Both the position numbers and the translations under genes were made by a program. From IMG/VR virus record IMGVR_UViG_3300028394_000057, positions 27,336 to 91,335 of that record: DNA of 64,000 bases; one strand, 5' to 3'. How positions within the stretch are numbered: position 1 is the stretch's first letter; each line of letters opens with the position of its first letter. Below are positions 11,252 through 20,868 of this stretch, in pieces. The notes beneath the pieces were generated by a model, which saw only the letters and a list, made by a program, of their open reading frames with translations, was not told where the DNA came from and did no database searches. This DNA comes from a virus.

Positions 11252-12096
11252 ATTCTGATTATATTATATTTTGTCCTTTCCATAATAACTATCGTTCACC
11301 TGCTGGTGAAGTAGATAAAAGTTCTGGACTATTCTTTTGTTTTTCCTGCCACCATGTTTGTGACCTAGCATCTTTAATTATGAATACCTCTGGCAGAACA
11401 TACTTTGAGGCAGTTCGTTACATCAAGTCTAAAGAAACCGAGATTGACCTTTCTTATCAAATTAATCAAACACTTGTAGAAAAGCCAGACTATATTCCAT
11501 ATGATGAATTACAAATTAAAAGATTAAATCAGCAAGCATTAGAATCCGCAAGAGCAACTAGATACTATGATGGCAGATTAATTAATCAAACATCTATTAA
11601 TAAGTTTCAACTCGGATTTTCTGAGAAACAAGATATGGTAACTATACCTGTACATTCCCCAGATGGAATTGCTGTGGGGTTTGTTGGTCGTTCTATTGAG
11701 GGTAAAGATTTCAAGAATACCCCAGGACTTCCAAAAGCAAAAACTTTATTTAACATACATCGTGTCAAGACTGCTGGAAAAGTCTATGTAGTTGAATCAT
11801 CATTTGATGCTATCCGTTTAGACCAATGTGGTTTTCCTGCGGTAGCAACATTGGGTGCAAACGTATCCAATTTTCAAACAGACCTACTCGGAAAGTATTT
11901 CAATAACATAATTGTTATTGCTGATAATGATGAGGCTGGCGGTAATATGAAAGATAAGATAGTTGAACGTCTTGGCTCTCGTGTTAACGTAATTAAAATA
12001 GATAAACAATATAAGGATATTGGCGATATGTCTGACGAAGCAATAAAAAATATTGATGAATCGTTTGACAAAACTATTGCTAGTATGCTAAACTAG
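11152..12096 (+). CDS. dnaG: DNA primase (CHC2 zinc finger + TOPRIM)
   Basis: CPFH...CFSC, VVES.FDA, DNDEAG, KDIGD motifs. Confidence 0.9.
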   Translation: MDNRNRRNTNGSYSKEQIKRVIAGSGITIESEVDSDYIIFCPFHNNYRSPAGEVDKSSGLFFCFSCHHVCDLASLIMNTSGRTYFEAVRYIKSKETEIDLSYQINQTLVEKPDYIPYDELQIKRLNQQALESARATRYYDGRLINQTSINKFQLGFSEKQDMVTIPVHSPDGIAVGFVGRSIEGKDFKNTPGLPKAKTLFNIHRVKTAGKVYVVESSFDAIRLDQCGFPAVATLGANVSNFQTDLLGKYFNNIIVIADNDEAGGNMKDKIVERLGSRVNVIKIDKQYKDIGDMSDEAIKNIDESFDKTIASMLN

Positions 12097-12126
12097 TATA
12101 CCGCTAAGAAAACATAAGGAGAAATT

Positions 12127-12780
12127 ATGAGCGTAATTAAAGGGCTAAAAGATATCGGTGCATTAATGGATAAGCCAAAATATGAAAACAATGGTCAAAA
12201 AGTTCGCTGGGTAAAACTGGCTGACGGACAATCTGCAAGAGTTCGCTTTGTTGAAGAACTTGATACAGATTCAGCAAACTACGATGAAAGTCGTGGTCTA
12301 TCTGTGGTAATCGCAGAACACACTAATCCAAAGGATTACAAGCGTAAGGCAGTTTGTACAATTGACTCTGAGGGTCGTTGCTATGGTTGTGAAATGGGTC
12401 GTAAAGAACCAAAGGGCGGATGGCGTTCACGTCTTCGCTGGTATGGTAACGTCATCATTGATGATGGTACTGAAGCACCTTATGTGGCTGTATGGTCACA
12501 AGGTATTTCAAAGCAGTCTGCTTTCGGAAATCTCCGTGAGTATGCTATTGAGACTGGCTCTATCTCTAACCTAGAGTGGAAGATTAAGCGTAATGGTCAG
12601 GGAACTGAAACCAACTACACATTGCTTCCAACTAAGCCTGACACAGAACCATTCAAGTTCGATGGCATTGAGCCATTCAATCTTGAAAAGGTTGTTCGTG
12701 AAGTCGCTTATGCAGAGCAGGAGAATTTCTACTTCGGTTTTGATGCTCCATCTCTAACATCCAGCAACACTGACTGGTAA
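12127..12780 (+). CDS. Single-stranded DNA-binding protein (gp32-like)
   Basis: H...C...C..C zinc site, IKRNGQGTET.Y motif, position between primase and polymerase. Confidence 0.6.
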   Translation: MSVIKGLKDIGALMDKPKYENNGQKVRWVKLADGQSARVRFVEELDTDSANYDESRGLSVVIAEHTNPKDYKRKAVCTIDSEGRCYGCEMGRKEPKGGWRSRLRWYGNVIIDDGTEAPYVAVWSQGISKQSAFGNLREYAIETGSISNLEWKIKRNGQGTETNYTLLPTKPDTEPFKFDGIEPFNLEKVVREVAYAEQENFYFGFDAPSLTSSNTDW

Positions 12781-12789
12781 AAATAAATG

Positions 12790-12823
12790 TAATGGGGGTA
12801 GACGATTCGCTCTCTGCCCCCAT
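12790..12823 (+). terminator. Hairpin after SSB gene
   Basis: AATGGGGGTAGA...TCTGCCCCCATT inverted repeat. Confidence 0.5.
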
Positions 12824-12853
12824 TCTTCATCTCTAACTTAAGGAAAATTTTAT

Positions 12854-15800
12854 ATGAGTTATGCTGGACTGCACGTTCACACTCACTACTCGCTATTTGA
12901 TGGAATAGCAACACCACAAGAATATGTGGACAGGGCAATCGAAATTGGAATGCCAGCCATCGCAATCACAGACCACGGTTCGCTATCTGGACATCGTGAA
13001 ATGTATCGTACCGCTATTGAAAAGGGTATAAAACCAATTCTTGGTGTTGAAGGATATATTGCACAAGACCGCTTTGACCAGAGAGATAAAACAGAGCGTG
13101 AAGACACACCACTAAACCCTGTATACAATCACTTAATTATTCTTGCTAAGAATGAAAAAGGTCTAGAGAATCTAAACAAACTAAATGAGATTGCTTGGAC
13201 TGAGGGTTTCTATAAGAAGCCTCGTATGGATTGGGAATCTCTAGAAAAATATAAAGAAGGACTTATCATTACTTCTGGATGTCTATCTGGTTTCTTGGCT
13301 AAGGCTATTGAAGCAGATGACCTTGCTGCTGCTAAAGAACATTTGCAGTGGGCTAAGAAAACATTTGGCGATGACTACTACATTGAAGTTATGCCACACA
13401 ATCCACCAGAGATTAATAAAACTATTCTTGCTCTTGCAGATGAGTTTGGTATCAAGCCTATCGTTACTCCAGATTGTCACCACGCTAGTCCAGAACAGCG
13501 TGAGATTCAGGAACTTAAACTAATCCTAAATACTTATTCAAACAAAGTTCAGAAAGATGCAAACTTTGCTGGTACTCAAAAGTATGACAACCTTATGGAT
13601 AAGTTAGATTACTTGTATGGGGCTGACCGTCAGATTACTTTTAGAGATTATGAAATTCATTTGCTTTCTGATGAAGAGATGCACAAGTCTATGGAATCGC
13701 AGGGTATTGTAAGACAAGATATGTATGATAATACTATTGAGATTATGAACAAGGTTGAAGATTACAATATCAAAGACCACTTAGACTTGCTACCAGCACA
13801 GTATCAGAATCCAGACCAAGAACTTTATGAACTTGCTATGGAGGGTTTGGTTGCTCGTGGTGTAGGTGCTGACCCTGCATATCACATTAGGGCTGAAGAA
13901 GAACTTCAAATCATTAAGGATAAAAACTTTGCTCCTTACTTCCTAGTTGTTCGTAACATGATTAACTGGGCTAAGAAAGAAGGCATTATGGTTGGTCCAG
14001 GACGTGGTTCGTCTGCTGGTTCTCTAGTTTGTTATGCGTTAGGGATTACTGATATTGACCCTATTGAGCATGGTCTTCTTTTCTTCCGTTTTATCAATCC
14101 AGAACGTAATGACTTTCCAGATATTGATACAGATATTCAAGATTCAAGACGTGAAGATGTCAAAGATTATCTAGTTAGACAGTATAGGCATGTTGCTTCT
14201 ATTGCCACATTCCTTGAGTTCAAGGGTAAAGGTATGATTAGAGATATTGCTCGTGTGTTAAACATTCCACTACCAGATGTGAACAAGGTTCTCAAACTGG
14301 TTGATGACTGGGATGATTATTTAAGGTCTAAGTCTACTCAGGAGTTCCGTGAGAAGTATCCAGAGATTGAACTTTATGGTGAACAAATGCGTGGTCGTAT
14401 TCGTGGTACTGGTATTCACGCTGCTGGTGTAGTTACTGCTAAAGAGCCTATCTTTAAGTATGCACCACTAGAGACTAGAACAACTCCAGGTAGCAAGGAA
14501 CGTATTCCAGTAGTAGCAGTAGACATGGAAGAAGCAGAACGTATTGGTCTAATTAAGATTGATGCTTTGGGTCTTAAGACTTTATCTGTTATTCAGGATA
14601 CTTTGGCTATCATTAAGGAACGTACTGGTACTGATGTTGACTTATATAAACTAGATATGAAAGATGCAAATGTATATCGCATGCTTTCTGATGGCTATAC
14701 CAAGGGCGTATTCCAATGTGAAGCAACACCTTATACTAACTTGCTTGTTAAAATGGGTATCAAAAACTTTTCAGAACTTGCTGCTTCTAACGCTTTGGTT
14801 CGTCCAGGTGCTATGAATACAATTGGTAAAGATTATGTTGCTCGTAAACATGGTAAGCAAAATATTGATTACAAGCATGAAGTGTTAAAAGCATTCACAC
14901 AAGAAACCTATGGATGTATTCTATATCAGGAACAGGTTATGCTTGCCTGTGTGGAACTTGGTGGAATGACAATGGCTGAAGCGGATAAGGTTCGTAAGAT
15001 TATTGGTAAGAAGAAAGATGCTAAAGAATTTGATGTGTTCAAAGACAAGTTCGTTGCTGGTGCTTCTAGATTCTTAACTCCAAATGCTGCTCAAGACCTT
15101 TGGCATGACTTCGAAGCCCACGCTGGATACTCGTTTAACAAGTCTCACGCTGTGGCTTACTCAACAGTTTCTTACTGGACTGCATGGCTAAAGCACAATT
15201 ATCCTATTGAGTTTATGTATTCATTGCTCAAGAATGAAAGTGATAAAGATGCTCGTACTGAATATTTGATTGAAGCAAAACGTATGGGTATTCCTGTTCG
15301 CTTGCCACACATCAACGAATCAGATGTTGATTTTAAAATCGAGGGTAAAGGAATTCGCTTTGGACTATCATCTATTAAGTTTATTAGTGATAACATTGCT
15401 AATAAGTATCTTGCCGCTAGACCTTTTGGTTCTTACAAAGAACTAGAAGAGTTTACATTTGGTAAGGGCAATGGTGTTAACAGTCGTGCATTACAGGCTC
15501 TACGCCTTGTAGGAGCCGCTACTTTTGAAGACCAACCTAGAAACGATGAAGAAGTTCGTGAGAACCTTTACGAGTATCTTAACCTACCAGAATTTAATAC
15601 ATCAATTCCACAACACTATCACGCATTCATTAATGACGTGGAAGAGTACGAAGAAAAGGGTGCATACATTCTAATGGGGATGATTAAGAACATCAAGCGT
15701 GGTGATGGCTGGTCAAGAGTAGAACTACTAGATAAAACTGGTAGCACTGGAATCTTTGATGAAGCAAACACAACTATTGAAGCAGGTAAGACCTATATAG

Positions 15801-16135
15801 TTCTTGCAAGTGATAATAGAATTGTTACTGCTATTCCAGCAGATGAAACTAAAGGTAATTTGTCTGGGCTAATTAAGATTCTTAACTATCGTCAGTTGCC
15901 ATACAAAGATGATGAACTATTTGTAGTGTCATTTAAGCCAAGGGTAACTAAGGCTGGTAAAAAGATGGCTTCTCTCGTTCTGGCAGACACTAATCGTGAT
16001 ATGCACAGCGTAACAGTATTTCCAACAGCATTCCCAAGGGCTTACATGAAGATTGATGAAGGAAATGTGTATAAATTCTCTTTAGGTAAAACTAAAGATG
16101 GAACAACAATTATGGAAGATGTAGAAAATGTTTGA
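12854..16135 (+). CDS. dnaE: DNA polymerase III alpha subunit
   Basis: PHP domain LHVHTHYSLFDG/AITDHG, GPGRGSSAGSLV, PDIDTD, GIHAAGVV, YSFNKSHA; no intein seen. Confidence 0.96.
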   Translation: MSYAGLHVHTHYSLFDGIATPQEYVDRAIEIGMPAIAITDHGSLSGHREMYRTAIEKGIKPILGVEGYIAQDRFDQRDKTEREDTPLNPVYNHLIILAKNEKGLENLNKLNEIAWTEGFYKKPRMDWESLEKYKEGLIITSGCLSGFLAKAIEADDLAAAKEHLQWAKKTFGDDYYIEVMPHNPPEINKTILALADEFGIKPIVTPDCHHASPEQREIQELKLILNTYSNKVQKDANFAGTQKYDNLMDKLDYLYGADRQITFRDYEIHLLSDEEMHKSMESQGIVRQDMYDNTIEIMNKVEDYNIKDHLDLLPAQYQNPDQELYELAMEGLVARGVGADPAYHIRAEEELQIIKDKNFAPYFLVVRNMINWAKKEGIMVGPGRGSSAGSLVCYALGITDIDPIEHGLLFFRFINPERNDFPDIDTDIQDSRREDVKDYLVRQYRHVASIATFLEFKGKGMIRDIARVLNIPLPDVNKVLKLVDDWDDYLRSKSTQEFREKYPEIELYGEQMRGRIRGTGIHAAGVVTAKEPIFKYAPLETRTTPGSKERIPVVAVDMEEAERIGLIKIDALGLKTLSVIQDTLAIIKERTGTDVDLYKLDMKDANVYRMLSDGYTKGVFQCEATPYTNLLVKMGIKNFSELAASNALVRPGAMNTIGKDYVARKHGKQNIDYKHEVLKAFTQETYGCILYQEQVMLACVELGGMTMAEADKVRKIIGKKKDAKEFDVFKDKFVAGASRFLTPNAAQDLWHDFEAHAGYSFNKSHAVAYSTVSYWTAWLKHNYPIEFMYSLLKNESDKDARTEYLIEAKRMGIPVRLPHINESDVDFKIEGKGIRFGLSSIKFISDNIANKYLAARPFGSYKELEEFTFGKGNGVNSRALQALRLVGAATFEDQPRNDEEVRENLYEYLNLPEFNTSIPQHYHAFINDVEEYEEKGAYILMGMIKNIKRGDGWSRVELLDKTGSTGIFDEANTTIEAGKTYIVLASDNRIVTAIPADETKGNLSGLIKILNYRQLPYKDDELFVVSFKPRVTKAGKKMASLVLADTNRDMHSVTVFPTAFPRAYMKIDEGNVYKFSLGKTKDGTTIMEDVENV

Positions 16136-16466
16136 TGAAGTAGCAAAAGAACTGCACGAAGCCGCAGTAGAAAAAGGTTTTTGGGGCATTGCCTATAACA
16201 ATGATGACAAGGAATCCTTGGATATATTTATGACTAAACAACTAATGATGATTGTGTCAGAGGCGGTAGAGGTTATGGAAGCAATTCGAAAGTCCAAAGG
16301 ACCAGAAGAAGTAGCAGATGAAATGGCTGACATTATTATTCGCACTCTTGACTTGTACGCAGGTCTCCGTGAGTTTGAGTATGTCAATGGTAGCCTTGAC
16401 GATGCTTTTGAAAAGAAGACTGGCTACAATAAGTCTAGACCAGAAAGACATGGGGTTCGTTTCTAA
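16128..16466 (+). CDS. MazG-like nucleotide pyrophosphohydrolase
   Basis: SEAVEVMEAIRK...EEVADEMADIIIR motif. Confidence 0.75.
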   Translation: MFDEVAKELHEAAVEKGFWGIAYNNDDKESLDIFMTKQLMMIVSEAVEVMEAIRKSKGPEEVADEMADIIIRTLDLYAGLREFEYVNGSLDDAFEKKTGYNKSRPERHGVRF

Positions 16467-17473
16467 TGACAACTATCGAAGAAGCAATGGCAGCACTAGA
16501 CCCACGCATTCGTAAGCGTTTGACTAATGGTGTTGGATTTAAAACAGAATATCAGGCTACCCCTAGTTTTGGACTTAACCGTGCACTTAATGGTGGACTA
16601 CCTATGGGCAGACAGGTATTGGTTTGGGGAAGCAAGTCTTCTGCTAAGTCTTCACTTTGTCTACAGATGGTTGCTCTGGCTCAGGAAGAAGGCAAGTTGT
16701 GTGCTTGGATTGATGCAGAGATGGCTTACTCTGAAGACTGGGCTAAAAGACTTGGGGTAGACACAGATAAACTTATTGTGTCACAAGCCAGAACTATTAA
16801 TGAGATGGTTGATGTGGGAACTAACCTAATGAACGCAGGGGTAGACTTGATTGTAATTGATTCAATTACATCACTGCTACCTGCTATCTATTTTGAAAAG
16901 GATACTGATGAACTTAAACAATTGGAAAATACTAAACAGATTGGTGCGGAGTCTAGAGATTTTAGTAACGCTTGGAAGATGCTTAATTATGCTAATAATA
17001 AAGTTAAGCCAACCCTTATGGTTCTTATTTCGCAATCTCGTAACAATATTTCTGCTATGTATACTAGTCAACAGCCTTCAGGCGGTCAGGCTACTAAGTT
17101 TTATTCATCAACGGTTATCAAGTTATTCTCTTCCGAATCAGACAATCAAGCAATTAAAGGCAAGATTGCAATTGGCGATAAACTCATTGAAGAAAAGATT
17201 GGTAGGAAAGTTCGTTGGGAGATTCAATTTAGCAAAACATCGCCAGCCTTCCAATCTGGAGAATACGATTTTTATTTCCGAGGCGATGTTGGCATTGATA
17301 GCATTGGTGATTTGGTTGATACTGCAGAGATGATGGGTATTGTAGAACGCACAGGTGCTTGGTATATCCTACCAGATGGAACTAAATTACAGGGTAGAGA
17401 TAAGTTTGTGGCTCGTGTTCGTGAAGACTTGGACCTACAAGATGATATTAAGGCTAGGGTTGTTCGTGGGTAA
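16466..17473 (+). CDS. recA: RecA-like recombinase
   Basis: ALNGGLPMGR, GSKSSAKS, WIDAE, IVIDS, GAWY motifs. Confidence 0.92.
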   Translation: MTTIEEAMAALDPRIRKRLTNGVGFKTEYQATPSFGLNRALNGGLPMGRQVLVWGSKSSAKSSLCLQMVALAQEEGKLCAWIDAEMAYSEDWAKRLGVDTDKLIVSQARTINEMVDVGTNLMNAGVDLIVIDSITSLLPAIYFEKDTDELKQLENTKQIGAESRDFSNAWKMLNYANNKVKPTLMVLISQSRNNISAMYTSQQPSGGQATKFYSSTVIKLFSSESDNQAIKGKIAIGDKLIEEKIGRKVRWEIQFSKTSPAFQSGEYDFYFRGDVGIDSIGDLVDTAEMMGIVERTGAWYILPDGTKLQGRDKFVARVREDLDLQDDIKARVVRG

Positions 17474-17648
17474 ATACACAGTCTACACAGGTAAGTTTCC
17501 TTGTCATACATGCAGGGTAGAAGTAAAATCTGTAAGAGTATATCCATCAGACAAATTAATAACTTGGATGTGTCCAGACAAACATTTAAATGAAGTTAGT
17601 TTAAAAAACAATAAGAAGAAAGACTATGAGCGAGAGAAGCGAGAGTAA
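17466..17648 (+). CDS. Small zinc-ribbon protein
   Basis: GTG at 17466 overlapping recA stop; CHTC...CPDKH. Confidence 0.5.
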   Translation: MGKYTVYTGKFPCHTCRVEVKSVRVYPSDKLITWMCPDKHLNEVSLKNNKKKDYEREKRE

Positions 17649-17925
17649 GCGTATTGGTGCTAAACAGCACAAGAACTCTGGCAGGGGTACTCACAAGGGC
17701 GATGCTTCTTGGGAAGGGTTTACTGTTGACTTCAAAGAGGTTGGCAAGTCCTTTACCCTGAATAAAGATGTTTGGGCTAAGGCAACTACAGATGCTATTC
17801 GTAATAATAATAACCCAGCAATTGTAGTTGTCCTTGGCGATACTGGAATCAAAACAAGACTAGCAGTCATTGAGTTGTCTTTGCTAGAGATGATACTTGA
17901 CCTATTACCACCTGATAGTGTATAA
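17626..17925 (+). CDS. Putative Hjc-type Holliday junction resolvase / PD-(D/E)XK nuclease
   Basis: E...IGA....SG....KGD......VDFK pattern. Confidence 0.55.
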   Translation: MSERSESKRIGAKQHKNSGRGTHKGDASWEGFTVDFKEVGKSFTLNKDVWAKATTDAIRNNNNPAIVVVLGDTGIKTRLAVIELSLLEMILDLLPPDSV

Positions 17926-17951
17926 TAGAACTATAACATTAAGGAAACAAA

Positions 17952-18257
17952 ATGGAACAAACACAGACAACAATTGAACAGGTCAATGGTCTTACAGAGA
18001 TTGCTGACTTTATGAATGATGAAGAACTGACTACTGCTCTTACCTTTATTGCTAAGGTAATTCTTAAGCCAGATATTCCCCTTAACGTTGCACAAGTAGA
18101 AATCGTTCGTTTGCAAGCAATTGCTGCGAAGATGTCTTTCAAAGCCACATGGCTTACTAACGTAGATAAAGGAGACAGAGCGAAAAAGAATATTTACTAC
18201 ACCGCTGCAGAGGCTATTAACAACCTCGTATCGGCTCTTAAATATATTACTCGCTAA
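17952..18257 (+). CDS. Conserved phage hypothetical protein
   Basis: RBS AAGGA and TATAAT upstream; helical protein. Confidence 0.6.
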   Translation: MEQTQTTIEQVNGLTEIADFMNDEELTTALTFIAKVILKPDIPLNVAQVEIVRLQAIAAKMSFKATWLTNVDKGDRAKKNIYYTAAEAINNLVSALKYITR

Positions 18258-18263
18258 ATTATC

Positions 18264-19073
18264 ATGGCTAAAAATTTATTGCAACAAGTGATGCTCAAGA
18301 AGATTGATGCGAATCCAAATTCAAAACCTTCATTCCTTGACAAAGAAGCATTGATTGAAAAGATTAACTCTGGTTATACTGTCAATCGTGTAGATAAGTT
18401 TCAAACAAAGAAAACATTTGCACCTAGCACAATAGCATTCTCTCATGGAGAATGTCCACGCTATTGGTATCTAGCCTTTGAGGGTGCAAACTTTACAGAC
18501 AATGCTGATGCTTATGGCGGTGCGAACATGACTGCTGGTACAAAGGCACACGAAAGAATTCAAGCAGCAATGGGCAATGTCCCTGGTCTGCTTGTAGATT
18601 CGGAATTCAAGGTAACATACGACAGCCCACCAATTTTTGGCTATGGGGATGTTATTCTTAATTGGGAAGACCAAGAGTTACTTGGTGAGATTAAGACAAT
18701 GCCGAATGAAGGATTTGAGTATCGCAAAAGTGCAGGTAAGCCAAAACTAGGGCATATGGTCCAGTTGCTTATTTACATGAAGATTCTTAATAGAAGCAAA
18801 GCAATCCTGATTTATGAAAACAAGAACAATCACGAACTGTTGATTTTTCCTGTAGAATTAAATCAGTATATGTACGAGTGGGTAGAGAACGCTTTTGAAT
18901 GGATGAGGAATGTTCGAAAGGCTTGGGAAGATAAAACCCTGCCAGAGAAAAATTATCGTTCTAATTCAAAGATATGCAAGACATGCCCTATACAAGCGGC
19001 TTGTGCTTCTGCAGGTTCTGGAGAGATAAAAATTAAATCTCTGGAGCCTTTAAATGAAGAACAAACACTGTAA
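18264..19073 (+). CDS. Cas4-like / PD-(D/E)XK exonuclease
   Basis: CPRYWY, GT..H, G.GD...EIKT, QL..Y, C..C....C Fe-S cysteines. Confidence 0.8.
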   Translation: MAKNLLQQVMLKKIDANPNSKPSFLDKEALIEKINSGYTVNRVDKFQTKKTFAPSTIAFSHGECPRYWYLAFEGANFTDNADAYGGANMTAGTKAHERIQAAMGNVPGLLVDSEFKVTYDSPPIFGYGDVILNWEDQELLGEIKTMPNEGFEYRKSAGKPKLGHMVQLLIYMKILNRSKAILIYENKNNHELLIFPVELNQYMYEWVENAFEWMRNVRKAWEDKTLPEKNYRSNSKICKTCPIQAACASAGSGEIKIKSLEPLNEEQTL

Positions 19074-19353
19074 TTGGTGCGATAAGCAATTTCAAACTAA
19101 ACTATCTTATCAGATATACTGCTCTGCTGAATGCAGGGAACAAGCAACTAGAGAAAAGATTGCTGAAAAATATTTAAAGGATAAGGTAAAGAAGCGTGTT
19201 GGAAAAGTCAGACTTTGTAAATCTTGTAACAAACAATTGTCAATCTACACCGAGGAAACTATTTGTCAAAATTGCGAGGTAAATCCAGATGACGTTAAAG
19301 ACACTCTTAAAGAGATTAAGGATATCCTAAATGGTAAAACTAAACTTGACTAA
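19054..19353 (+). CDS. Zinc-finger protein
   Basis: CNWC...YCSAEC...CKSC...CQNC. Confidence 0.6.
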   Translation: MKNKHCNWCDKQFQTKLSYQIYCSAECREQATREKIAEKYLKDKVKKRVGKVRLCKSCNKQLSIYTEETICQNCEVNPDDVKDTLKEIKDILNGKTKLD

Positions 19354-19906
19354 AAAACCAAAACGATTCTGTGCTATTGATGCCAGTACAAACAGCCTAG
19401 CGTTTGCCATCTTTGACGATAATAAAATTATTGCTTGTGGCAAGATTAAGTTTGAGGGCGTGTCTACCTATGACAAGGTTATGGATGCTGCTAAGAAAAC
19501 AAAAGCCTTCTTTGATAAGTTTGATTTTGATACTATTATAATTGAACACACAGTCTTTATGAACAGTCCTAAGACTGCCGCTCAGTTGGCTATGGTTCAG
19601 GGAGCATTGCTTGGTGCTGCATCTATGGCTGGGGTAAAGAAGATTGGCTCAGTCTCACCTATGACATGGCAGAACTTTATTGGCAACAAGAAGATAACCA
19701 AAGAAGAAAAACACGAGATACAGAAAAAGAATCCAGGAAAATCTGTGTCTTGGTTTAAGAATGAAGAACGAAGTATTCGAAAACAAAGAACAATTAACTT
19801 TGTTAATATAAACTATGATAAGCAGTTAGACGATGACGATGTTGCAGATGCTTGTGCTATTGGTCATTGGGCTTTAAAAAATTGGGACAAGGCGTTTGGA
19901 TACTGA
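19331..19906 (+). CDS. ruvC: RuvC-like Holliday junction resolvase
   Basis: AIDAS, IIIE, DDDVADACAIG motifs. Confidence 0.8.
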   Translation: MVKLNLTKKPKRFCAIDASTNSLAFAIFDDNKIIACGKIKFEGVSTYDKVMDAAKKTKAFFDKFDFDTIIIEHTVFMNSPKTAAQLAMVQGALLGAASMAGVKKIGSVSPMTWQNFIGNKKITKEEKHEIQKKNPGKSVSWFKNEERSIRKQRTINFVNINYDKQLDDDDVADACAIGHWALKNWDKAFGY

Positions 19907-20061
19907 TGGCTAATAAATTTTATACCAATGAGGCATGGCTTCGCAAAAGATTCCATGTAGATAAAAAAACTCCAGAGCAAATTGCTTTAGAGTGTGGCAC
20001 TAGCGTAGAAACAGTCTATGTTTATTTAGCCAAGTTTAAGTTAAGGAAGTCAAAAAGATGA
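19906..20061 (+). CDS. Small HTH protein
   Basis: WLRKRF...KTPEQIALECGTS..TVY..L; ATG at 19906 coupled to upstream stop. Confidence 0.6.
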   Translation: MANKFYTNEAWLRKRFHVDKKTPEQIALECGTSVETVYVYLAKFKLRKSKR

Positions 20062-20345
20062 AAAAAGTAAAATTAGTTAAACAAATTCAAACAAAATTTG
20101 ACAAAGAAGATAGCCTAGAAATCGGCAATTTTACTATTGCTAAAGGTGATATCATTAAGATAGATGGGGAACATGGCGTAAAGTTTATGTTTGAAAGTCT
20201 TGTTACCAATACAGAAACTGGTAAAATTTGGGTGGACTGCTTTGAAATGCAAAAAGCAAAGCCTACCATATGGCGTTCTTTTACTCCAGACAGAATAAAA
20301 AGAATTCCAACAAAACGAGGAAGACCAAAGAAAAATGTCAATTGA
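20058..20345 (+). CDS. Hypothetical protein (SH3-like)
   Basis: GDIIKIDG...WVD...RSF..DRIK. Confidence 0.5.
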   Translation: MKKVKLVKQIQTKFDKEDSLEIGNFTIAKGDIIKIDGEHGVKFMFESLVTNTETGKIWVDCFEMQKAKPTIWRSFTPDRIKRIPTKRGRPKKNVN

Positions 20346-20868
20346 AGAATTAACAGTTGAACATCTCGATGAGATGAACAAGGTTGTGGAGAAGTACCTC
20401 CAAGGTGAAGAACCTACCCAAATTTCTAAAGCACTTGCACTACCACGTCAAAAAGTTGTAGCCCACATTAATCAGTGGCGTGTAATGGCTTCTGACAATG
20501 CCGCTATTCGTGCTAGGGCAAAGGAAGCATTGGTTGGTGCAGACACACACTATAACAAACTAATTAGTAAAGCATACGAAGTTATGGATGATGCTACCAC
20601 TGTTGCTAATCTTGGTGCCAAGACTGCCGCAATTAAACTTGTTATGGATATTGAAAGCAAACGTATAGACATGCTACAAAAGGCTGGTCTACTTGAGAAT
20701 AAAGAACTGGCAGAAGAGATGCTAAACATTGAACACAAACAAGATGTACTTGTTGGTATTCTTAGAGATATTGCAAGTGAGTATCCACAGATTCGTGACG
20801 AGATTATGCGTAGGCTTTCGCAGGTATCAAAAGAGCAAGAGGTTATAACCATTGTCAATGTTCAATGA
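20335..20868 (+). CDS. Putative terminase small subunit
   Basis: N-terminal HTH, helical, directly upstream of TerL. Confidence 0.55.
   Translation: MSIEELTVEHLDEMNKVVEKYLQGEEPTQISKALALPRQKVVAHINQWRVMASDNAAIRARAKEALVGADTHYNKLISKAYEVMDDATTVANLGAKTAAIKLVMDIESKRIDMLQKAGLLENKELAEEMLNIEHKQDVLVGILRDIASEYPQIRDEIMRRLSQVSKEQEVITIVNVQ

Noticed and set aside
18264-19073. Cas4 as evidence of a CRISPR-Cas system
   Set aside because: Solo Cas4-like exonuclease in a recombination module; no cas1/cas2 or array
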